Source of the DNA: a virus
Reading direction: 5' to 3' (one strand)
Length of the DNA: 64,000 nucleotides
Virus record (IMG/VR): IMGVR_UViG_3300025154_000068
Coordinates: 1 to 64,000 of that record
The position numbers were made by a program, and so were the translations under genes. Every line of letters begins with the position of its first letter. Position 1 is the first letter of the stretch. The notes under the pieces were generated by a model that saw only the letters and a list, made by a program, of their open reading frames with translations, had not been told where the DNA came from and ran no database searches. Below, in pieces: positions 48,080 through 55,837 of this stretch.

Positions 48080-48442
48080 TCAGACGGCTTCGCCGCTGAC
48101 GGAGTAAGTGGCAGTCGTGGTGCCGCCAGCGAGTGCCCAGTTGGCCCGGGCGTACCGGTCGCAGCCGGGGAACGACTTGCGCTCGGTGCCGGCTTCGGTC
48201 TGGGCTGTGAAGGCGGCAAGCGTTCGCCAGGTCGTCCCGTCTTTCGACGTCTGGACCGTGACGGTGAGCGCGGTATTGGCTCCCACCGCGGTGGAGGTGA
48301 GGTCGAGCAGCAGGGTGCCCTTCGTGCCCACCTCGACGGTGTCTCCGTTGCCACTGGCCCCGCTCACGGACTTGGCGGACGCCAGGGCGATTTCGTCGTA
48401 GTGCTCCATGCGGTGGAGCCGTTCGTTCTTGTACGAGCCCAT
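48080..48442 (-). CDS. Head decoration-like beta protein
   Basis: VTVQTSKDGTTW...DRYARANW; similar to the N-terminus of 46347-47054. Confidence 0.6.
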   Translation of the reverse strand: MGSYKNERLHRMEHYDEIALASAKSVSGASGNGDTVEVGTKGTLLLDLTSTAVGANTALTVTVQTSKDGTTWRTLAAFTAQTEAGTERKSFPGCDRYARANWALAGGTTTATYSVSGEAV

Positions 48443-48444
48443 GA

Positions 48445-48732
48445 TCAGGTCTCCAGTGCCGCAAGGGCGGTGAGAACGGCGCGTGCCGCCCGGCGCGACA
48501 ATCCGCGCCCGGCGAGCTCGGCCTCGGTGACGTCCTGCAGGTCCTCGACCGCGCCGTAGCCGGCCGTGATGAGGTCCGCACGACGGGGGAAGTCGTCGGG
48601 GATGGGAGTGCCGGAGATGTCGTCGCGCACCTTACGGTACACGCCGCCGAGCTCCGACTCCTCCTCATCCGCGGCCAGCGCCTGCATCGTCAGCACCCGC
48701 CGGTGATGCAGGATCATCGATTCGTTGCCCAT
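48445..48732 (-). CDS. Small post-capsid protein
   Basis: Position; PDDFPRRADLITAGY. Confidence 0.6.
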   Translation of the reverse strand: MGNESMILHHRRVLTMQALAADEEESELGGVYRKVRDDISGTPIPDDFPRRADLITAGYGAVEDLQDVTEAELAGRGLSRRAARAVLTALAALET

Positions 48733-48744
48733 GTGACGACGGAC

Positions 48745-49608
48745 TCAGTTGTGGGTGAGCAGAGCGATGCCGGGCTTGGTCTTCCCGGGCATACGCTTGT
48801 AGCGATGCACAACCGCGTAGGTCGAGACCACCACGATGTCAGAAGTGCCGAGGATGTCGCGCCCCACCTCGACAACGGGTTTGCCGTTGTACCAGAGCGC
48901 GATGGCGTTCTTCTTGGCGATGATCGTGGTGTACTTCGGAGGGGTCGCGCTCGATGCGGAGACGCGGTCGCTCTTGCCCCACGGGATGCCGGCGAACTTC
49001 GACAGACCGCCGTTGGCGGCGTCGGTGACGAGCGGGCGCCCCGTCGCGTCCTTGAGCTTGAGCACGTCGGACTCGACCTTGGAGTGCGAAACCATGAGCG
49101 CAATATCGTCGCTCTCGTCGCCCCACTTGGCGCGAGCATCGACAACCGCGTCGTAGTCGAGCGTGCGAGGAGTCGTCGCGCTGTAGATGTCCGTCAGCAT
49201 CGCGGGCAGCGACGCCACGCCGCCAGTGATGGCGAGCCGATCGACGGCCGCGCCGAAGCCACCCAGCAGCTGCTTGGCCGCCTCGACGTAGGGGTCGCCA
49301 GCGCCGGCGAAGCGGGCCCAGTCCGTGGACGAGAACGCCTTGCCGATCTTGACGACGGTCCCCTTCTCGTCTTCCTGCGTGATCTTCTGCGGGGTGAAGG
49401 CGGCTCCGTCGGAGATGGTCTCCCACTCGCCGATGCTCCCGAAGTACGGCACGGTCACTTCCGTGCCGACTTCGTTGATTCCCCCTGGGAACGTGTTGTT
49501 GACGGCCACCGCCCCGGTTCCCCAGAGCGCATTAAGCCCGCCGGCGAACGTGGCCTCAACGGCTTCCACGAGCACCTCGGGCACGACGAGATCAATAAGC
49601 TTCGTCAT
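48745..49608 (-). CDS. Major capsid protein
   Basis: TKLIDLVVPEV, VTVPYFGSIG, VEVGRDIL. Confidence 0.88.
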   Translation of the reverse strand: MTKLIDLVVPEVLVEAVEATFAGGLNALWGTGAVAVNNTFPGGINEVGTEVTVPYFGSIGEWETISDGAAFTPQKITQEDEKGTVVKIGKAFSSTDWARFAGAGDPYVEAAKQLLGGFGAAVDRLAITGGVASLPAMLTDIYSATTPRTLDYDAVVDARAKWGDESDDIALMVSHSKVESDVLKLKDATGRPLVTDAANGGLSKFAGIPWGKSDRVSASSATPPKYTTIIAKKNAIALWYNGKPVVEVGRDILGTSDIVVVSTYAVVHRYKRMPGKTKPGIALLTHN

Positions 49609-49625
49609 CTGTCTTCAATCCCTTC

Positions 49626-51074
49626 TCAGGCCGTGTGCGCCTGGTGTTCGGCCTTGAGAGCCTCGTAGGTCTTCCGATCGGTCCGGTAGAGATCGGCCTT
49701 CTGCTTGTAGGTGAGCTCCGCCCACTTCTTGCCCGCGATCGTGGCGGCGACGCTCTGACCGGTGGCGCTCTCGTCGGTGTTGTTGGTCTTGGAGGCGAGA
49801 GCCTGTTGGACGGGCATGGTCTCGATGTGACCCTTCAGCCACTCAGGATCGCCCAGCCCCTTGTCGCGAAGGGAATTCTCCATCGCCGGGGTGATCTTCT
49901 TGTCGGCGATTCCCTTGGCGATGAGACCGGCGACCTTCGACTCGTTCACGGCCGCCTCGAGCTTGACGATGTCCTTCTGGGCTTCCTCGAGCTTCTTGGC
50001 GGACTCGCTCCAGCCTTCGAGCTTGCCAATGGCCTCGCTGTCGGTCTTGGCTCCGGTCGCATCGAGCACACGCTTGCGCGTCTGCAGTGCGAGGGAGACC
50101 TCGGACACTGCCTCGTCGAGCGAGGCGGTATGGGTCATCGTCTCGAGCGTCTTGAGCACGCTCAACCGGGAGTTGAGCGCGTCGGACACGTCCTTGTCGG
50201 TGGCAGTGGCCATGAGGCCGAGTGCCAAGATGAGAGCGGTGCGTTCCATGGTGGAACCGGCTTTCTCCGTCGCTTGGACGGTGTTGTCTTCCGTGGCACT
50301 CCGCACACGGATCGAATGCGTTCGTTCGTCGCGTGGAGCTGGCCGGCGCGACATGGTGATTGGCTCGTAGGTGCGGTGGACTTCCTCCACCTCGTCAGCG
50401 AGCGTGGCTTCGAGTCCGGTGAGCGAGTAGCCCCGCCGGTACATCTTGCCGTTGAGCTCGTACACGAATACGTCGTCGTAGACCGCCTCGATGTACGGCC
50501 ACTCGTCCGCCACCTTGATCGAGAGCGCCTTGCGGATCGCTCGGCTGATGTCCTCAAAGGACAGACTGGCCTGCAGCTTCACCGAGCGCCGGTCGGCCAC
50601 CAGCGGTTCGATGCCCAGCATTGCCGGGTCATTCGTCAGCGCGATGTTCCGGAGCTCGACGACGCGGCCCGTCTCGACCTCGGCCATGCACCATGGGGAG
50701 AAGTAGCCCCACTCCTTGTCTTCGATTGCCTTGTAAGCAGCAGGTGTCCACTCGATGTTGACGGCCCAGAGTTCGGGCCCGTCGTCGGTTTCGCGAACCT
50801 CGAGGTCGAACCATCCCGCCGCCTTCTGGTGCTGCGGATCCGGGTCCTCGACATCCAACGCGTGCGGCCGAGCGTGGGCGTAGTCGAAGTGCAGCCGAAT
50901 CCCTCGCGCGGTGAATTCCGACATCACCGCTTCGGCCGCCTCGGCGTCGAACACAATGGGGCCGGTATACGATGGATTCACGCCGGCCTTGAAGATGCGA
51001 ATCTCCGAGGGCGGCTTGCCTGCCAGCTTCTTCGCCAGCAAGTAGCGTCGCTTTAGCATTGCAACTCCGGGCAT
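49626..51074 (-). CDS. Mu-like prohead protease/scaffold
   Basis: FDYAH, KAAGW, EWTPAA, YFSP, IALTNDPA plus helical scaffold. Confidence 0.88.
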   Translation of the reverse strand: MPGVAMLKRRYLLAKKLAGKPPSEIRIFKAGVNPSYTGPIVFDAEAAEAVMSEFTARGIRLHFDYAHARPHALDVEDPDPQHQKAAGWFDLEVRETDDGPELWAVNIEWTPAAYKAIEDKEWGYFSPWCMAEVETGRVVELRNIALTNDPAMLGIEPLVADRRSVKLQASLSFEDISRAIRKALSIKVADEWPYIEAVYDDVFVYELNGKMYRRGYSLTGLEATLADEVEEVHRTYEPITMSRRPAPRDERTHSIRVRSATEDNTVQATEKAGSTMERTALILALGLMATATDKDVSDALNSRLSVLKTLETMTHTASLDEAVSEVSLALQTRKRVLDATGAKTDSEAIGKLEGWSESAKKLEEAQKDIVKLEAAVNESKVAGLIAKGIADKKITPAMENSLRDKGLGDPEWLKGHIETMPVQQALASKTNNTDESATGQSVAATIAGKKWAELTYKQKADLYRTDRKTYEALKAEHQAHTA

Positions 51075-51105
51075 GAAAAAGCCCGCCGGGTCGGGGCGGG
51101 CTCTC
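51075..51105 (-). terminator. Intrinsic terminator after MuF and its partner gene
   Basis: AGCCCGCC-CCGACCC-GGCGGGCT-TTTT on - strand. Confidence 0.7.
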
Positions 51106-51125
51106 AGCGTCAGTTCGTCAGGTGG

Positions 51126-51473
51126 TCAGTAGATGGCGTCGGGGTCGGGCTCTTCTTCAGCCCAGGCCGCGTCTCTCGCGATGATCGCTACGGCATCCGC
51201 AGGGATGTCGGCGTCGGTCGGAGCGTATGTCGAGGTTTCGAGCTGGACTCCGACTCGCCGGGCATGCTGGTCGAGGAAGCGGTGCATGAGCCATGCGCTC
51301 AGCAGGTCGAGTGGGACATCGCCACCGGGCGCCATTCCGACGTCGACCGGAGAGCCGAGCTCCACGCCCGCCCTGACCCGCTCAGCGAGAGGAGTCCGGC
51401 CGGTCACGAGGACGGAACCCTTGTCCGTCCAGCGCACCGTCGTGCCGTCCTCGAACTCCCACTTGTGGATCAC
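51126..51473 (-). CDS. Small protein coupled to MuF (possible immunity/partner)
   Basis: GTGA overlap with MuF stop, GGAGG RBS. Confidence 0.6.
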   Translation of the reverse strand: MIHKWEFEDGTTVRWTDKGSVLVTGRTPLAERVRAGVELGSPVDVGMAPGGDVPLDLLSAWLMHRFLDQHARRVGVQLETSTYAPTDADIPADAVAIIARDAAWAEEEPDPDAIY

Positions 51474-53974
51474 GCGTAGCCTCCAAGACAACCGAGCACC
51501 CACCAGAAGTGCTCGCTGTCTTCACGGTAAGTCCAGAACGGGTCGGTCGCCACTTTTTCTGCTCCCATCGAGAGCAGTTCGGTCGCGTCGGCCTGGTAGA
51601 TCTTCCCGCAGTAGGCGGAGAAGAACTTGTCGGGCTTGGCAACTTCGCTCCACCCGTACGGGATCCCCGTGAGCGCGCTCAGCGGCTTGGCAACCTCGCC
51701 GGCGGTCCGCTTTCCGAGGAATGCAACTGCGGCCTTATGCACCGAAGCGTTGAGCGTCTCGATGGCGTGCCCCCATTCGTGAATCAGGGACCGCAGGTCG
51801 TTGGCGTTGACCCGAGGCGGGGACATCCGGATATCGCAGTAGGCCCGTCCGTTGACGAACCGGATCTGGGCCCGGCCGTCGAGCTTCTTGCTCATCATCG
51901 CGTCGTAGAACGCCTTGGCTCGATCGAGTCCAGGCATCTTGCGGGGCCGATTCGTGACCTTGGCTGTGCCCTTTGCTGAGTCGATGTTCGCGATGTGCCC
52001 AAGGATCGATGCGACTGCGTTGCCATCGTCGCCCTTGAGAAGCTCGCGCACGGACTTGTCCGGGTGGGTCTTGGCCGCTTCGACTACCGCTCTGACGCGA
52101 TCGACGAGAGCCCCGGTCATCGGGCCGTCGTACTTGTCGAGGGCGTGCTTCTTGGCGATTGCCCCGACTTGCTTCGCGGTCATGTCGAGGCCCCGTTCCT
52201 GGGCCGCTCTCCCCCACGCCATCGCACGCGCAGCGTCGCCGTACTTCGAGAATTCCTTCTCCCAGTGCTCGACGGTGTGCTCAGGCTTCGGCCCCGCGCC
52301 CGACTTGGGCTTCGGCCTGGCTTCCGCCTTCTCGGGCTTCGGTGTCCGCTGAACCGGGCGCTTGTCGAGTCGCTTGAGCCTCGCCTCCAGCTCCTTGCGA
52401 ATTTCCGGCGGATACTTCTTCGTGTCCGGCTTCCACTCTGCAGCATCCGGAGTCAGACCGAACCCATCTTGCGACGGTTCCGTCGAGGGAGTCTTGGTGA
52501 TGCCCTTGCGCTCGGCCTGTGACTTGCGGATCGAGCGAACTACACTGCGGCACCCAAAATGCCGAGGGGGGTAGTTCGTCTGCCACCAAGGGTGTTCGGC
52601 CGGAAGGATCGTTCCGTCGGCCTGCTCGCACATCAGCGTCACGCGATTGTCGAGGATCGCGTCGAATTGCCAGAAGGGCCGGACCTTCAGGAGCGCTGGC
52701 TCCGTCATCTGCTGGTGCCGACCTGCGTTGTACGCGAGTTGCACGTTCGTCCGGTAGATGGTATTACCTGTGTACAGACCGTTGATGGTGAAGTAGCCGT
52801 GCGCGGTAGAGAGGTTGAACACATGTCCGCGAAATGGAACGAAGCGACGCGAGGCAACGTGATCGAACTCTATATTTCTGGCCTCAGCATCAAGCGCGTT
52901 GCATTGGAGGTTGGCGCCTCCACTGGATGGGTAGCCTCCGTGATCTCCTCCGAGGGGCTCACACGATCGCTGCGCGATGCCAGAAGACTGCACTTCGCGC
53001 GAGGTGGCAGGCCCTCGCGAGAACGAACCGACCTGCCTAGAGAACAGATCGTTCAGCGATACGTCTCCGGCGAAAGCGCCAACAGTCTTTGCGGCGCGTT
53101 CGGTGTTCACCAGGATACCATCCGGCGCATCGTTGTGTCTACGGGACTCCACTGGCGCAGCGTCGCAGAAGCCGCAACGCTTCGTGACCACGATCAGATG
53201 GCCGCACGCGGCGCAGAATCTAGGAGTCGTAAGGTTGGCCGGTTCGAAGACGTGATCGCTGATTGGATCTCGCAGCGCGGCGAATTGCCCGAAGCTCAGG
53301 TTCCTTGCAGGACGCGCAACATCGACATCGCAATTCCCCCCGTCGCCGTGGAAGTCGTCACTGCGTCCGTGAATCCGTTCAACGTTGCCTACCTGCGCAA
53401 TCGCACCGAAGATCTGCGAGATGGTGGATGGTGGTGCTGTTACGTGATTATCTCCCAGCGTACCAAGGTGCTGTTGCCCACGGTAGCCGATCAGATCGTC
53501 GCCCTCGCGAAGTTGGCCCGCGGCAACCCATCCACGGCGCGTGAGCATTGGGTGATTCGGGGTTGCGGAGAACTTGCGGCCCGACGCGGTGACGACCTCG
53601 ACAAGGGCCCCCTCGAACCACCGTCGATGAGCTGCCCTTATCACCCCTCCGCTCACAAGGGTGTCCCCGGGTAGGCACTCCACCCGCCACGCCGGATTCA
53701 CGACGCTCCCAGCCCAGGCATCGAGGAGCTGCTGACCCACACGTTTCTTGAAGTCGTCCAGCGTCTCGCCGTTGGCAACGGCCCGGTCGAGAGCGAGCAG
53801 GACATCTCGAATCACGTCGGCTTGGGCCACGCCGGCCACGGTGAACGCCTTGCGCTGAGCCCGTTCGTCGAGCAGGTCCCAAACCTTCTTTCGGACCGGA
53901 GTTCGACCGAGCAGCCAAGACGCCGCGGGAGTGAACTCCTCGACGTCGGTGGGTGCGGCCCAGGGTGCGTTCAC
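51470..53974 (-). CDS. MuF/gp7 head morphogenesis protein with intein and C-terminal HEXXH extension
   Basis: AFTVAGV, RVE|TIYRTNVQLAYNAGR after splicing, PPRHFGCRS, LIHEWGH. Confidence 0.9.
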   Translation of the reverse strand: MNAPWAAPTDVEEFTPAASWLLGRTPVRKKVWDLLDERAQRKAFTVAGVAQADVIRDVLLALDRAVANGETLDDFKKRVGQQLLDAWAGSVVNPAWRVECLPGDTLVSGGVIRAAHRRWFEGALVEVVTASGRKFSATPNHPMLTRRGWVAAGQLREGDDLIGYRGQQHLGTLGDNHVTAPPSTISQIFGAIAQVGNVERIHGRSDDFHGDGGNCDVDVARPARNLSFGQFAALRDPISDHVFEPANLTTPRFCAACGHLIVVTKRCGFCDAAPVESRRHNDAPDGILVNTERAAKTVGAFAGDVSLNDLFSRQVGSFSRGPATSREVQSSGIAQRSCEPLGGDHGGYPSSGGANLQCNALDAEARNIEFDHVASRRFVPFRGHVFNLSTAHGYFTINGLYTGNTIYRTNVQLAYNAGRHQQMTEPALLKVRPFWQFDAILDNRVTLMCEQADGTILPAEHPWWQTNYPPRHFGCRSVVRSIRKSQAERKGITKTPSTEPSQDGFGLTPDAAEWKPDTKKYPPEIRKELEARLKRLDKRPVQRTPKPEKAEARPKPKSGAGPKPEHTVEHWEKEFSKYGDAARAMAWGRAAQERGLDMTAKQVGAIAKKHALDKYDGPMTGALVDRVRAVVEAAKTHPDKSVRELLKGDDGNAVASILGHIANIDSAKGTAKVTNRPRKMPGLDRAKAFYDAMMSKKLDGRAQIRFVNGRAYCDIRMSPPRVNANDLRSLIHEWGHAIETLNASVHKAAVAFLGKRTAGEVAKPLSALTGIPYGWSEVAKPDKFFSAYCGKIYQADATELLSMGAEKVATDPFWTYREDSEHFWWVLGCLGGYA
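52763..53677 (-). mobile_element. Intein (305 aa) in MuF
   Basis: CLPGDTLV, block B ATPNHPML, block F VFNLST, ends TGN before Thr+1; removal restores the MuF motif. Confidence 0.9.
52823..53674 (+). CDS. HTH + Vsr/DUF559-like endonuclease encoded antisense inside the MuF intein
   Basis: GAGAGG RBS; two HTH repeats (LYISGLSIKRVALEVGAS; RYVSGESANSLCGAFGVHQDTIRR); FE...EAQVP...NIDIAI..VAVEV...RTEDLRDGGW. Confidence 0.78.
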   Translation: MSAKWNEATRGNVIELYISGLSIKRVALEVGASTGWVASVISSEGLTRSLRDARRLHFARGGRPSRERTDLPREQIVQRYVSGESANSLCGAFGVHQDTIRRIVVSTGLHWRSVAEAATLRDHDQMAARGAESRSRKVGRFEDVIADWISQRGELPEAQVPCRTRNIDIAIPPVAVEVVTASVNPFNVAYLRNRTEDLRDGGWWCCYVIISQRTKVLLPTVADQIVALAKLARGNPSTAREHWVIRGCGELAARRGDDLDKGPLEPPSMSCPYHPSAHKGVPG

Positions 53975-55833
53975 AGGTCCTCGACGACAGCGACGCGTCC
54001 CGCGAGCTCCGCCAAGATGGTCGCCTTGTGGGCGAGTTGCTCGAATGCGGCGTTGTCCTTGACCTGCCCATAGTGCTCGGCGAGCTGCGTCCGAAGACGC
54101 TCCGGCCAATCGTCCCCGTCCTCGAGGTCGTCGATGAGCTCGAGCAGCTTCGCCACGTCGGGCTCGATGGCGCGGGCGGTCACCTGGGCAGCGTCGGTTG
54201 CGATGTCGTCAACGAACTGCTGGCCGTTGATGACGCCGGACGCCTTGGCTGGGTCGTCGCCAGAGGCGAGGGTGATAGAGCGCGCCGACAGCTTCGCCTC
54301 AATGATGGGTCCGACGATGCGTGGCACTTCGGCTTGCAGCACCTGGTGGAGCCTTCGCTCAGTTTCCGCCATAGCGTCAGCGACAACCGCGTCCCAGACG
54401 GGACGCCGACGGCTCGCCTTGACGTCTTCCGCATCGTCCTGTGGCTCTGCGTCGTCCCCTTCGTTCGACGCATCCTCGTCACCTCCGAACTGCGGCGGAA
54501 CCGGCGCTGGCTCCGACTCCTCCCACTCTGCCCCTTCCTCAAGAGGCATCCCGAACGTCCGTGCGTACTCGTTCTTGTCCACCGGAGCGCCCAACCCGAG
54601 CCACTTCTTCAGCGCGTCAGCGGCCTTGTCCCACGTGGTGGCGAGTGCTGCAGTGTCCGCCGGCGGTGTCGTGTCGCGCTTCGGCCAAGGGGCCTTGCGT
54701 CCATCGCCGAAGTTGAACGCCGCCCACCACCAGATGAGCTGCGACCGAATCGTCGTGGCGCTGGTCTCGTCGTCGGCGCGGATGATGGCCGCCGCCACCG
54801 CCGAGTGCACCTGCGCAGCGGCGTAGCTCCCGCCCTGAACCTCGGTGGAGAGGTTCTGTCCGAGGATGCGAATCGCGATGGCCGCGTTGGCCATGTTGAT
54901 CTGCGCCTGGAACGTCTCCCAGGTGTCGGCGACAGCTTCGACGAGCTTCAGATCGTAGCCTGGCGGCGTAACGATCGTTGTGTCCCGCCCGAGGTCGGAG
55001 ATGTCGCTCGCGAGCTCGTCGCGGTGCTCCCTGGTCGACCCCTCGTCGGTCGGGAATCCGACGAGCGTGCCCTGCCCGTGGCGCTCCGAATAGCGCCCCC
55101 AGTCGTCCCGGCCGTACTCCTTCAGGAGCCACCAGCGCGATACTGACCGCCACGCTCCTCGCGCCCACGGACGCTTGCTGCCGTACGGCGTGTACAGCAG
55201 CCACGTTCCGTCACCGGGGGTGACCTCGAGCTCGGAGCCGTCCTTCTGCCGAGCGAACCACTTGCGCTTGTCCTGGTCGTACCGAAGCGACGATGGGTGG
55301 ATGACGTCGAAGCCGGGAGTCCCGTCCTCCCGGTGGGGGATGAGTCGGATTCCGCTCGGCTGCTCGACGCGCTCCCACGACGCAATCCGACCGACGCCCA
55401 CACCGAGGATGATGCCCCACTCCATCCACTCGGAGAGGACGTCCTCGGGGACCATGTCCCACCAGTCCTCCTCGAGCTCCTCGAGCGGGGCGTTGGTATC
55501 CTGCTTCGGCGGCTGGAACTCGAGAGGCAGCCCCAGCAAGCCCCGGACGCGCACCTCGCGCAGACACCCGCTCACTCGGTCGTCGGCGAGAATCTCATCG
55601 CACAGCAGAGCGGCAAGCCGGAGGTTGCCGGTGTCCGCCATCGCCTCCGCACGCTTGATGAGCGTGGGCGACCACTCGATTGACGACGAACGGACGGACG
55701 ACTCGATGAACGGCGCAGGTTTCGGGATGCGCGGCACAACAGTCGCAGCGAGCGACACGGCACTGGCGATAGCGAGCACACGCCTCCCCACTTGCGTGAG
55801 AGTCGTCGATGCTCTGGTTCGCCAGTGGGTCAT
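53971..55833 (-). CDS. Portal protein (DUF935/Mu gp29-like)
   Basis: DWGRYSERHG, ILGQNLSTE..GGSYAAAQVH; follows terL. Confidence 0.85.
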   Translation of the reverse strand: MTHWRTRASTTLTQVGRRVLAIASAVSLAATVVPRIPKPAPFIESSVRSSSIEWSPTLIKRAEAMADTGNLRLAALLCDEILADDRVSGCLREVRVRGLLGLPLEFQPPKQDTNAPLEELEEDWWDMVPEDVLSEWMEWGIILGVGVGRIASWERVEQPSGIRLIPHREDGTPGFDVIHPSSLRYDQDKRKWFARQKDGSELEVTPGDGTWLLYTPYGSKRPWARGAWRSVSRWWLLKEYGRDDWGRYSERHGQGTLVGFPTDEGSTREHRDELASDISDLGRDTTIVTPPGYDLKLVEAVADTWETFQAQINMANAAIAIRILGQNLSTEVQGGSYAAAQVHSAVAAAIIRADDETSATTIRSQLIWWWAAFNFGDGRKAPWPKRDTTPPADTAALATTWDKAADALKKWLGLGAPVDKNEYARTFGMPLEEGAEWEESEPAPVPPQFGGDEDASNEGDDAEPQDDAEDVKASRRRPVWDAVVADAMAETERRLHQVLQAEVPRIVGPIIEAKLSARSITLASGDDPAKASGVINGQQFVDDIATDAAQVTARAIEPDVAKLLELIDDLEDGDDWPERLRTQLAEHYGQVKDNAAFEQLAHKATILAELAGRVAVVEDL

Positions 55834-55837
55834 TCGG

